64,000 bases of DNA from Octopus vulgaris (taxonomy: Eukaryota). Shown in pieces: positions 40,451 through 53,240 of the stretch. The notes under the pieces were generated by a model. That model saw only the letters and a list, made by a program, of their open reading frames with translations, did no database searches and was not told the DNA's origin. How positions within the stretch are numbered: the first letter of the stretch is position 1; every line of letters starts with the position of its first letter. The stretch spans positions 156,178,001 through 156,242,000 of the forward strand of contig OX597815.1 of assembly GCA_951406725.2 (NCBI GenBank), given 5' to 3'. The translations under genes were made by a program, and so were the position numbers.

Positions 40451-43188
40451 AGATCAATGTCTTGTATTGAAATCGGTGCAATCATGAATATGCATTAAGA
40501 AGTTTCTTCACGCCAACTTTTTGTGATTTTTTTTTCCATTTTTGTTTTTTATAGCATCTTATCCAACTGCGCATCGCCATTAAAAGTCATCGTCAGTCAT
40601 AGTTTCAGGTACACTAAGTGAAAATTAGAAAACAAAGACTACGTGGAAGCCTCTTAGAGAGAGAGGGGTTACAGATCTGGACGTGGGAGACTTAGTCCGT
40701 CATGCGATTCAATACCAGCACCGTGGTTTGGAGTAACTGTATTATCATCTATATTGATGCAAACATTCAGACCAGATCTCCGAAATGAGGATCTGAGGAT
40801 ACTAAAACCTTCAAGGACACGTTGTATAAGGATGTCCGACATGAATTAAGCCTGAAAAGAAAAGATACGATGACAGAGGCGACAGAAACTCTTTTGATCG
40901 CAAGCCTGTTTAATCCTACATGATTTGCGCTAAACAACAAAAAGAAAGCAACAGCGGGGTAAATATAATTAAGTAAATAAAAAGGTAGCTGTGAGTAAAA
41001 ATGCTTCGCTTCACAACTATGGGTTTTATGGTTCGAACCTATTGTGCCGCAACTAGGCATATTATCATCTATTATAGACTACCTGAAGGAAATTCAAAGC
41101 TACCTGAATGAAATTTGATAGACGAAGTCCATTTGCAGTACCGTTCCTGAGTTTACTTTATAGTAGGCTTAATCCGTGTCCCAGTTTTGGAACACCGACA
41201 CATCATTAAATGTTTTTAGTGCACTCTGCTCCATTAGAAACATTCGAATTAGGTATGCACTAAAAAAAATGCCTGCAACAATCATGGATGCTCGACTGCT
41301 TCGTCTAAAGTAATCATAAAACTATAACACGAAACCTGAAATGACTAGATTGTTACTTGATAAACTCCCAATAGCAAGGAACTTAATATAAATAACACTA
41401 ATCTTCAAGGTGGAACTGGATCAGAGATTCGTGGCACTACACAGTAGTTGCCCTTATAATTACATAAAGTAAAGTATACTTTTCACAAGATTAGCTATAA
41501 TATTTTTGGCTTGATGAGAAAGTGTGATATTTATCAACTCACAAATCTAAGTTATAATTCCATGGGAAAAGAGAAACTCTCTTCTCTTCGAACAATGGTA
41601 ATATTTGTTGCAATCGCACATGAGCATGTACATAACACATATTTATTATTTATATGTTTATCATGGATATCATTCATTCGTGGGATGACAGATATTAAGT
41701 GCGAAATGTGATGTTCAATGGATTTTATAGCAATATTCTGCTTATGTGTCTATACCGAACTTCTACTCTTGAAACATGAGCATATAGGTACCATAATGGT
41801 GTCATACTTTCGGAGGTATTTGGACCCTGCATTGCAATCAGTAGAAATACTTCTCCTTTGATAGTGACCCAGCAGGATTGAGCATCTATATATATGACAT
41901 TAATATTAGAGTGACTAGTGTTTGTATGTAGAAATGTGTACGCTGCACTCATTAATATTATGTTTCTTTGCCATGAACAGCGTAAAGTATCGTTCTTAGC
42001 ATAGGCTTGGCTAACGTTTCGCATGGGCTGATCTCTAAAACATATTTATATGTATATGTGGGTCTGTGTGATGCTTGAGATAGAAATAAAAAGGAAGAGA
42101 GAGAGGAAGAGAGAGAGAGAGAGGGGGAGAACGGGAGAGAAAAAGACACACAATCTATTGTTTCCTATGTTCTTTCAGGTACAAATCACGATTGATGTGA
42201 CTTAACTAAATAGGTTATTCCTGTTCATATTGAAAGGAGGATGCTGATCTTCTTATATCGTCACATAGTAAATGTCAGAAGATTAACCTGCAGCCAATAG
42301 CATTCAGCCTGCATGGAAATATATCAGGCTGTAGCTAATATTAGCATACATGGAATGAGATTAATGCACAACTAATGTTATCTCCATATTTGAAGGAAGA
42401 TTAGGCTTACTCCTCTGTAATTTCCTGTACATCACATACAACTAATCTATTATCAATAATATCCCATAAAACGCAGAACGATTAGTGCTCTGGTGAAAGT
42501 ATCATCTACCCATATGAGATTAGTTTTTAAGCCAACATTATCTAACATTCGCCGACAAAGTTTAAGTTTTATAGCATCATATCACATAAATAAGAAAGCC
42601 GGTGAATCTATTGCTTTAGGAATAACACACAGTGAAATATAAAACATACAGATATGAACATATTTTTTCAAATACCAAAAGTTGTAAAATAAATATTGCC
42701 ATTTTTCGTTAAAATAATGTTGTAATCTGAAAATATAAACATACATAAAACAGTATACACTTGGTATTTCATAAGTAGCAAATCCTGTCGATTTTATATA
42801 AAATATGTCTGTATTTATACAAATTTCTGTACATATACATTTTGTAGATATTTATATATATTTATATATATTTATAAGTATAACACAGAGAAGAGCATTA
42901 CTGATAAATATATATATAAAGGTAAAATACAGGATCTACTAGATTACAATAAAAAGACAGGCGAAGGTTATAGATGAAAATCAATTTATATATGTATATA
43001 ATTTATTCAGAGATGATCTTTAGCGTATTGTATTTTTAAACATTCTTATACATTCTTGGTTTTCTGCAGTTTTCAAAGATTTTGCGTGGTTTTATATGTA
43101 CGTATGTATATATATATATTTCTTTTCAGATTCTCTAATTCTTGCGGTGGAGAAATGCCTTTATTCTTTTGCTGATTTCTGACTCACA

Positions 43189-43261
43189 CGACTTTTCGAG
43201 TCACATATGCCATGCTGTCTTAGACACCTGACCAGCATGGCTGTAGGTGACACGTAAGCCG
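43189..43261. ncRNA. Candidate pri-/pre-miRNA hairpin, strand unresolved
   Basis: Upper stem GTCACATATGCCATGCTGTC / GACCAGCATGGCTGTAGGTGAC with a 10-nt loop, plus an imperfect basal stem of about 11 bp (CGACTTTTCGA / ACGTAAGCCG). Lies in non-repetitive sequence. Confidence 0.45.
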
Positions 43262-44384
43262 AACAGCAGTAGCGAATGGTCCATAATGTCGACATCCATT
43301 TTCTCGTAAACAAAATAACATTTTGCATTTGTTCGCTCCACATCTGCTTATTATGTCTTGCATGTTTTACAATTCTGACACCACCACTATATAAATGTAT
43401 GTAATCTTTATGTGTGTACTAGTTGATCATGTGAAAAGGCACACACACAATTGTATGTGTGTGTGTATGTGTGTCTGTTTTTATATGTGTGTCTGCGTGT
43501 ATGTATGTATGAAATTGTATGTTGTATATATAGTCCATATATATGTTTGAATATATAGAAAATACGAGCGTGATTTTCTTTTGATTTAAACATAGTGTAT
43601 AGAAATTACAATTTTACATTATGGTTGTTCCTGACATTTCGGTGTTATTATATCTCAGTGTTAATACATTTTGAAAGCAGAACCATCTCAAACACAAATC
43701 AATAGATTATCATTTATTTCAGATCCTTTTTATATTTTCTTTTTTCTTTTAATATCAAACTTCGAAAGAAAATCGTGACCATAATGACAAACACGGAATG
43801 GTCGGTGTCGAATTTTTGAAACATTGAAGAATATGAAATAATTGCAACATCTGTTGATATTTCAGATATCACCTTACAGCAACTTTAAACACTAAAAGAA
43901 AACCTGGAAGCTTTGCAACAAAACGTTAAATTAAAAGCATTATTATCACATGAATGAAGAAAAAAATATGTTACACTGATCATGCAAAAATATAAGTGTC
44001 TGACCCTTTTATGATGGCGACTGTAGCAAATAAGATTAAAATGCGTGGCGATGTAAATTAAATTCTAGTGTGGCAAAGATAAGTGATTACAAGAGAGAAA
44101 TTTGGACTCTACAGCTTGTGTTTACTGAGTGTGATAGAAAGATTGGTATAAGTGAGTTTGAAGTGAGAAAAGCTATCTGCCAGAAGAATGAAATGTGAAA
44201 GATCGCAGCTGGAAATAGCGAGTACTGGTTGATTGTGGAGTTGCAGATGGTTGCTGGTAAGTGTGAGGCTGCAATCAGAATTCCTCTAAAGTGAAAACTA
44301 AGTCACGATAACACTATAACAGGATATCGTGTTAAGATTAAGGCCTAGAGAAAGATAAAGAGAGTCAGTGGGAGAAATAGAAAG

Positions 44385-45242
44385 ATGGAGTAGGAAGAGG
44401 GAGAGCGAGGAAGATAAAAAGATGGCGAGAAAGGGGGAGAGAGGAAAAAAGATGGAGATAGAGGCGGGAAAAGAGAGATAATAGATATTATCAACAAACA
44501 CATGATTTTGTTCATTAGAAGCAGCAGCTTCTTTTATCATAGATTCTATTTCACTTTCGTTTCCCCTAATGCTCCTTCAAATACTTCAGCCCGGTCATCT
44601 ATGTTAATGTAGGGTGTGGTTATGAGATTTGAGAAATTTGGGTCACAACCACATGTTTCCGGATTGCATACCTCTGTGCGTCGCCTTTGTCGAGTGTCTA
44701 CAACATTCTCGGTTCGGCCAAAGCTGTGCAAGTGAAAAAAGAAAAAGAGTAAATCTCACTCGCAGCTCACTTTCACTCCCTATATTACACACAAACACAC
44801 ACACACACGTGCTCACAGACAGAACACACTTTCTAAATGAGCTGAGATATTCGTCCTGGCTTGATTTTGCTTTCCTTTTCCTTTATGATATACCTACTGA
44901 CTCGGAAGTCTATTATAGATCCCTAGCTCCAACCTCAGGTGTGAGCTTGGAACTTAACGGATGACCAATTATAGCACTTACGCAGCGTACCTATTCGTTT
45001 AGATCATTAGTGAACAAAACCACTCATATCCTTTATATATATATATATAAATTATAATTTAAGTTATCTAAGAGATACCACCACGCTGGAAATAGCAGCC
45101 AAAACCTGACTCTAAATCCACATTAAGTGGAGTAGGAAGAGGGAGAGCGAAAAAGATAAGAAGATGGCGAGAAAGGGGGAGAGAGTGAAAAAGATGGAGA
45201 TAGAGACGGGAAAAGAGAGATAATAGATATTATCAACAAACA

Positions 45243-45245
<3 letters not shown>
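44385..45245 (+). repeat. About 115-bp purine-rich direct repeat (44385-44501 and 45128-45244)
   Basis: TGGAGTAGGAAGAGGGAGAGCGA...GATAATAGATATTATCAACAAACACA occurs twice with a few substitutions. Confidence 0.85.
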
Positions 45246-45290
<45 letters not shown>

Positions 45291-45546
45291 CGTACATATA
45301 TATCATGTATATATGCATGCATGTATGTATATATATGAGAGAAAGTATAGCCTTTCTTCAGTATTCAAGAAATTTAAATTTGCTAGTTTGTATCCTTAAA
45401 TGTTGTATAAAGACTTCTTATTTAAGTCTTGAGTTACTTTTAGTTATGAAAGATTATCCATACGGTAAGAGATTAAGGTTACCCAATTCAATAGTGGGAA
45501 TCTTGTTGTCTGTGTCAATCTACTAGTGTTATCTATAAAAGATACA

Positions 45547-45634
45547 CATCTCTGACGATTTAGGCAATAAGTCCTCTGTAATTTGTATTATGTAACTAAT
45601 AATCAGCTTATGTTAATGAAACGTACGTAAGATG
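45547..45634 (+). ncRNA. Type-I hammerhead ribozyme motif with long stem II
   Basis: CATCT-CTGACGA-(TTTAGGCAATAAG...CTTATGTTAAT)-GAAAC-GTAC-GTA-AGATG: perfect 5-bp stem I, palindrome ACGTACGT, U-U at the base of stem II. Confidence 0.7.
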
Positions 45635-47769
45635 GTGCACTTAAATATTTCAATTTTTATTTTTTTATCTTGTCTGTGTAACACTCAAACTAGAATTTCA
45701 TAAGAAAGAACAGAATTACAATGTATGAAAGAAAATATATATGGACTTCTAAGTAATGGTTTTATGTAACGCGATCTAAGGATTAAATTACAATGGACGA
45801 ACACACACACACACACAAGTGGCTTCATAAGAAAACATACACTTCAGTTTAATTGCTCCGAAGAAGCGATAAATTGTTGCTTAACCACTCAGCTCTGAGT
45901 GTATTGCTCCTTATAGAAGAAACAGCTGTAACCTAATGAAGCTGATTAGGTAATTCCTGTTCCCTTACCCTTCCAACGCGCATTGATGTGTGAGTGTCTC
46001 CCTGTATGTATATACCGGCGTACATAATAAAGTGTTGATGTGTCGAACAAAAATGCACTCCAATCTCCTCTAGTATCTTCCCTGTTAACTTTTCCTTTGA
46101 CCTCTTCATTGATCGATCGAATAAGTACGAAACAAAATAAAGAGTACAATAATACAAATAAGTATAATAAGTACAATTAAGTTACAATAAGTATATATAA
46201 GTACAAAGCTAAACAAAGAGGAGATTTAACGCCAGAAACTTTTTGAGTCAGTGAACCATTATGTCCGCAGTTCATTGACTGAAATCAATAACAGAAATAA
46301 AAGTATGTGCCAAATTACGTAAACTAAGGATTTAGGGTGTGTTTTGTTAAGGTTGTACGTTGTTATTAATATAAACGATATTTTTTATGTGCGATTTGAA
46401 CTTGAGGATGTAATTAAATAATGTGCCACTGTACCATTTCTTTACCATACTGCCTTTTGTTGTTACAAATACACCTATTCGGTACTTTTAAAGGAATGCA
46501 TAAATAAGATAGGTACTTTGAGAGGACCCAGGAATACCATTGGTATATATTTGAACGTAAGAGTAGAAATTTTTGTTACTTAGCCTTAAGTTATTCTTAG
46601 ACCAAGGCTATCTAACTGTAACCCTGGCGTGCCTTTTGTCTATCAGGGGTTATATTTTTCAATGTGTCATTTATTTTTTGTAAGGGAATCGAGTAGTGTA
46701 TTCAGCTGCCGTGGTTAGCAGGACAAGTCCAGAGTAGAAGTTCTCTTGCTATACAGAATATCGGCGACAAATTACGTTCCATTTTGTTCTAAGACACGTT
46801 ATCAACTTGTTCATCGGTTGATCTTGTTTGTGCATCATAAACCATAGAAATGATAATATTTCTGATACTTCTGTTCATTGAAGGATCCTGATAAGATATT
46901 GACTAAAGGATTTAAAATGTAAACAATGGCTGTCATAAAATCGATTCTTTAGTACTGCTATGAGTTATGGCATTATTGTAACAAAAGGTTTGCTTTCCTT
47001 TACCATTTCCAAGTGCCCTCGTTTCCATCATTGTCTACAGAAGAGATTTATATTCTCCACCCACTGTGCTATATAATTATATTTTATGCAAAATAATCTT
47101 GACCATTTCTAAATACGTTGGTCGTTTCGAGTCAGATAAGTACTTTGCTCTTATTCAGCTGGTGCTAAATGTATTGCTGGAGGCGGAGATGAATTGATAA
47201 AGATAATATTAACATGAGATGATCTTCCACTCACGAGCAACAAGTCAAATGTTAAACCAATGCAACTAAGAGTCTCTCTTCCTCCCTCTCTCTCTCTCTC
47301 TCGTTCTCTGTCTGTCTCTCTCTCCCTCCCTCTCTCTGGCTAGAGAAGAGGAAAAAGCGGACAAAGGTGAAATGAATTTGACAGTAGAAAAGTATTCAGA
47401 GATAATTCGCTCAGTATATACAATTGTTACGCTTGCAGATGCACGCACGTGTGCGCATACAGTCACACACAAATCATTTTCCATGTGAACAGATGTCTTC
47501 TATAATATAGGACATAACGCTATCACCCATAACGTCATATTCTCCTCTGTTTCTTCCTTAGGTGTATTAAGCTTCACCACACACTTCACTGTTCGTTGTT
47601 TCTTTTGTTTTTGCTTTATATTTCTACCATCTTTTAGGCATATGGTTTCGTTTGTCTTTTCAGACTCCGCTTAGTATGTTTTTACTCTAAAACTCAAACT
47701 TTACTCGCGTTATCAGGGTGATTAGTACATACATACATACATACATACATACATACATACATACATGTG

Positions 47770-48082
47770 AATGCGTGTAGCTTAGTGGTTAGGGGCATTC
47801 AGCTCATTATCGTAAGGTCGTGAGTTCAATTCCTGGCGGCGCGTTGTGTCCTTGAGCAAGACACTTTATTTCACGTTGTTCCAGTCCACTTACCTGAAAA
47901 AATGAGTAGTACCTGTATTTCAAGGGGCCAACCTTGTCAGACTCTGTGTCTCCCCGAGAACTACGTTAAGGGTACACGTGTTTTGTGGAGTGCTCATCCA
48001 CTTGAACGTTAATTTCACGAACAAGCTGTTCCGTTGATCGTATCAGCTGGGACCCTCGTCGACGCAACCGACGGATTGCTCC
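47770..48082 (+). mobile_element. tRNA-derived SINE, family C, full length
   Basis: TAGCTTAGTGGTTAG and GAGTTCAATTCC boxes, GTCCTTGAGCAAGACACTT, and a 3' tail shared with the 61858 copy. Inserted in (ATAC)n. Confidence 0.85.
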
Positions 48083-48096
48083 TTACCTTATCTTAC

Positions 48097-48149
<53 letters not shown>

Positions 48150-49207
48150 GACGACAGAGAGAGAGAGCGATACACATACATAGAAAGGAAGATGGAGAAA
48201 GAGATATACAAATACAGAAGAGTGGAGAGTGAAAGATAGAGGTATAAGGACTGTGTTGTGGTATCTTGATCATGATTAATAAGTTAAATGTCGAATGTTT
48301 GTTAATTTCGGAGTAAAGAGAATCAGGTGTACCTTAGTTATAACTCGAAACTCAATCACAGTTTAATATTTTCTCTCCCCTGTTGATTTTACGAGGACCA
48401 GCTTCATTCATCTTGCACATGTCTTTGTGGAGTCTTCATCCACCTGGGCACTATTTTCTGAGAGGCCATAGCTAGGTGAGAGTGCGTAGCCTTTTCACAA
48501 TTCAAGTATTTTTCGCGTTTACGGCCTTCCATTAACACATCTCTAACACTTAAAGGCGTTGTGACAAGAGACTGATGAAAATCTAGTAGCTGTCAGCTTG
48601 CAATAAGAACTGTGAGTTAATTCTCGTTTTGCGTGTAGGTTATTGAACCTAATATTATCTTCCATATGAAAAATATATTGGCGCATTAAGGATGCATGAG
48701 TTGCGGTGATAAATAGACCATCGAAGTTAGAATAACATGATGAAAAATTTGTGAGGCAGAAAATGTAATATCATGTCAAGAGTATTTGGCGTCTTGATAT
48801 GTGAGCGAATGAGTTAAAGAAGAGTTTGATGGGAGATAATGAATAGTTATCTTTAGTGAACATTTGTGTAAAGATGGAATAAAAATGATTAACTTCAGTA
48901 ACTATAGAAACTAATTGTGTTTCATTGAAATTTATGCGTGGAGAGAAGTGGGGAGCTTGAAGAGTAAGTTTTTTTAATTAGTGGCAGTAATGCAACTACT
49001 AGTATGAGAATTAGAAGGTTTTTAATTTGAAAGGTGACTGAAGGCAATACAGGAAATTACATCTGTCATCTAATTTACAAAAGAAACAAAAAATAGCATA
49101 ATTTTCTCGCCGTTCCATGCTTTGTTTTTCAACGTGTTCTCCTCTCTCATTTCCGTCACATTCTTGTTTTCCATTTATTCTTTGCAAATTTTAGACTTTC
49201 TTTGTAC

Positions 49208-49583
49208 TATTTTACTCTTTACTCTTTTACTTGTTTCAGTCATTTGACTGCGGCCATGCTGGAACGCCACCTTTTCGTCGAGCAAATCGACCCCAGGACT
49301 TATTTTTGTAAGCCTAGTACTTATTCTATCGGTCTCATTCGCAGAACCTCTAAGTAACGGGGACGTAACACACCAGCATCGGTTGTCAAGCGATGTTGGG
49401 AGGGGGGCACAGACACACAAACGCATACACACACAGGCACATATATATATATGTGTCCGTCTACCAAATCCACTCACAAGGCTTTGGTTGGCCCGAAGCT
49501 ATTGTAGAAGACATTTGCCCAAATGCCACGCAGTGCGACTGAACCCGGAACCATGTGGTTGGTAAACAAGCTACTTACCACAT
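49208..49583 (-). mobile_element. SINE, family A
   Basis: Reverse complement of the 3436 copy with a short internal deletion. Confidence 0.9.
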
Positions 49584-52500
49584 GTAATTAATATCGTTAT
49601 TGTCGCTTAGTTCACTATTAGCTTTAATTTAGCATACATATAATCAAAGGAATTCCAGTCATGACCATCTCATCTTTTGTATTGTCCAGTATATATTTTT
49701 TGAAGAGGATAGCGTTTGATTTGTAGAAAGATAGGCTAGTAGTTTTAGTAAGTCGAGCAATAGTTTTAAGGTTCCCTTATTGGTCCAATTTTATTAATAT
49801 ATTTTTATAGCGTAGATCCAAAGAAATTACACTCTTATCAGTACGTGACTCGAATAGTCCATTGTAATACATGTTTTAAACACTTGACTTAATAAATGTC
49901 GCTACTCTCTTCCACAAATTTTCCAAAGTAACAGATAATCCCATGAAGGTATTTAGTACAATATTTTCGATTTGATTTCATAATTGGTGTTTTATAGAAA
50001 ATTAATAAAATTATGACAGGAACGCCTAAAACCACCGGTTTTCCGTTGCAATGTCGGAGTGAAATTTAAAACATTCAACTAGATTTCATGAGTAATTGTT
50101 TTGATAACTTAAAAAGCCGCAAGGAAAGCAATATGACGTACGCAACAAAATATAAGCGAAGTTCATTCTGTAGGAAAAATTTCTCATTTCTTTTTCTCAA
50201 ACGTTTTTAATTGTACTCAAATATAAATGAAATAAATATCTTTATTTAAACGTTTAAACATACATTATGAAAATTACAAGCCGGTCGAATAATGCATCAA
50301 ACTTAATGCTAAATTTATGGAATTTAATTCGAACACACATCTGGTACCGTCATTCACTTATCATGTACTATTTAACACATAAATATGTGAACACGTCTGC
50401 TGTACCATTTCATTATCGTTTCCTCTGAAAACCTGGAGCACCCTCACAAAAGGTTTAGTGCAAAAATAACTAAAGAGGATATGAATATCCATGTTGACTG
50501 ACTATAACTAAGGTACAGACTAACATATCACTCGTATTTGGAAGTTCAGAGCATGGAAAGCTGGAACAAATACAGCACGACAATATTATCCAGTGTTCTA
50601 AGAAGTCCACGAACTCGCCGTTCTAGACTTGTGCTTTATTTTATTATATCCGGATGGAAAGAAAGCAAAGTTTAACTCGGGAGTAATATAAACTCAGAAC
50701 GTAAAGAACTAAGGCACACAGCAAGACATTTTGTCGAAGGAGCTAAAGATTTTAAGATAATACCGCCCTAATTAAGAATTAAAATATATGGTAATCGAAT
50801 TCCTTGAAAAACTAATTACTTTTGTCACATTATAAAAATGTCGGGATTCTTGGAATTAATCTCGCATTGGTTAATTCAAATAGTAGATGCATGATTGACG
50901 GTTTTGTAGTAAATCTATTCCAAACAAAATCCAGTTAAAGGATGTAAGGAATGAAGACCTAGATGGATAACATCGTTATACAATTTAGCTATTTGTCATT
51001 CTTTATAACGAAATTCTTTCACAGTTAAAAGCAGAGGACTTCCCAAAGTGCAATTAGAGCCCAACTTACTAATAGAACTGATTATTGAATCCCTTTTACA
51101 CGTAATTTATCTAAACTATCTAAATATAATATTAATAGTAATACTATATACCGTATATATCCTATTCCTCTCACAAATACATGAGGTATACGTGCAGAAC
51201 ATTTTGTACACATTTCCTCTTTTAAAAGCTTTCCACAGCACATAATTTTCCTGTTAGAAACTCGTCTCTAATACACTGACTGTAATATTTTAAGATTAGT
51301 TTCTTTTCACCTGGCAAATCTGTGAACACACGTAACATGGTATTCTCTCTAAACTCTATCAATTTGTTTAGACATTAAAACATGCATTTCCAGGTGAAGT
51401 GATTGAAAGTTTATCACTTCAAATTTAATAAACATTTATTTTTTCTTACAATTTATTACACATTACCTCTTTCAAAAGTTCATACCTTGGTACCATCAAC
51501 TATCTGAGATAATTCCTGCAGGCCAATCAACATATTTTAATTTGACCTTTTATCTAACTCAGAAAGTGACTCCAACGCTCAACTGAGATTTTTACGTAAT
51601 CATTATGCATGCACTTAACGTTGCATTTATTCAGTTCTACCTATTTATTTCTGTATTGCATCATGTCTTATGTTCTTACATCACATTGCTGTTCATCTCT
51701 TATTTGCTAAAGTTCTATTTCATACAGAACAGTCTGGAGATTGAAGTTTACATTTTGACTCTCATAATCCCAGTGCTATTATTAAGACAGCACTGATAAC
51801 AAACTTACTTCGCACCTAAAACAGTCGTAAATATAGTAGACATTATTTTACTCAGTGTCTTCATAGTTAAATCAAAATTTATCCTCACTTCACATTTGGT
51901 TTCTTTCAAGTGCCTCCATTTTTCAGGAGTGCATAATGCTCATTCTAAAAACCTTGAGCTATTTATATTCTTTTTTTATCTAAGAAAAACAAATCGTTAA
52001 TTTGAGCAAATTATTCTGAACTTCAACAGTGGCAAAGTTTTTTTTAACAAACTGTTAGTATTCAAAATTACCAAAATATTTATTGTATTTGAATTACTGA
52101 CTTCCCAGATTACTATTTTGTGATAACTTGATTCGTCTATTTTGTCCTGGGAAACATTCTGCATAAAGCTTCTCCTTAATTTATTTTAGACTCGAAGTAA
52201 TCACAATCAGAAAGTAAATATTGTTCTCTCAAAATAGTTAGATCTACGGTAAGGTCGTCATAAATTATAATGCATTCACAAATGCATATGTAATTTTAAC
52301 TATAAAGCAGGAAAATCTCGTCTGAAGCTAAATTATTTAAGAATGAAACCACTACGTTAAAATAACGAATTATTAAATTAGACGGTATTTAGCCTAAGCT
52401 CACACTTTAACCATGGAAACTGGAATGGGAATTTATCAGCAGTCAGAAAATTAAAGGTTTAGCAGTAAGAGTAAAATACAAAGCTCTCTGATCTTTCTTA

Positions 52501-52899
52501 AGTATGGTTAGGTTTATGCTTACAAGTACAGTATCTTACAAGAATACACTGTTTGTCAGCTATCCATATGAGTACACGAGTCCTTCAGATATATTTACAT
52601 CTTATGTAATGTTAAATTATCCATAAATTTACATCTTGTCAATAAAGTATGTTTAAAAAAATTTAAAGAACTACTATAAAAAGAAAATAATGGATTATTT
52701 TGCTAAATATTGCAAACTAATGAACAGATTTGCATTGTAAGATCATCTTTTAAAGATAAATGTGGCTATAGATATACTCTTATGAATTAGTTGAACAAAC
52801 AAATTAACTACTTAATTTGATCTAAAAGAACATTAAGTTGAGTTACTTGTTCTCACGTTCTCTTATACGGAAGTAAAGCAATTCCTATGACATTTTCAG

Positions 52900-53240
52900 A
52901 CTTTCCCAAACTGACTAAATCGATGCTGTTGATGCTTAATTTGAGTATCTTTTCGTAGATACCAGTAGAAAAAAAGATCTGGGTAGCGAGAGAATTACAG
53001 AGAATTGCAATTATCGGAAAGAATAAACAGGTGTAGTGGTTAAAGCAAGTGAAAGACAGTGAGGGCAATGGACATTGGTGGATATGGGTGCGCCGGGAGA
53101 ATTTGGGTGGTGGAGAAGATATTCAGATAGCTTGTTTAGAAGGTCAGAGACACTTAAGGGAGTGACAGAAACACAGACTTGGACGTGAGTTTCTGAGATT
53201 TAGTGGTTGAAGCAGATTAGAGAAAGAAACTTGTTTTGGG
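52900..53240 (-). pseudogene. Decayed CR1/Jockey-group LINE ORF2 3' end
   Basis: NHYTCLFFPIIAILCNSLATQIF..LKLSINSIDL resembles SFFPRT..LWNSLP..F..FK..IN. Confidence 0.55.

Noticed and set aside
46238-46285. Hairpin AGTCAGTGAAC/GTTCATTGACT
   Set aside because: The stem is only about 15 bp with no basal extension, too short for a miRNA precursor.
48300-49070. Possible minus-strand PLE protein relic
   Set aside because: Only vague motif resemblance; not supportable without alignment.
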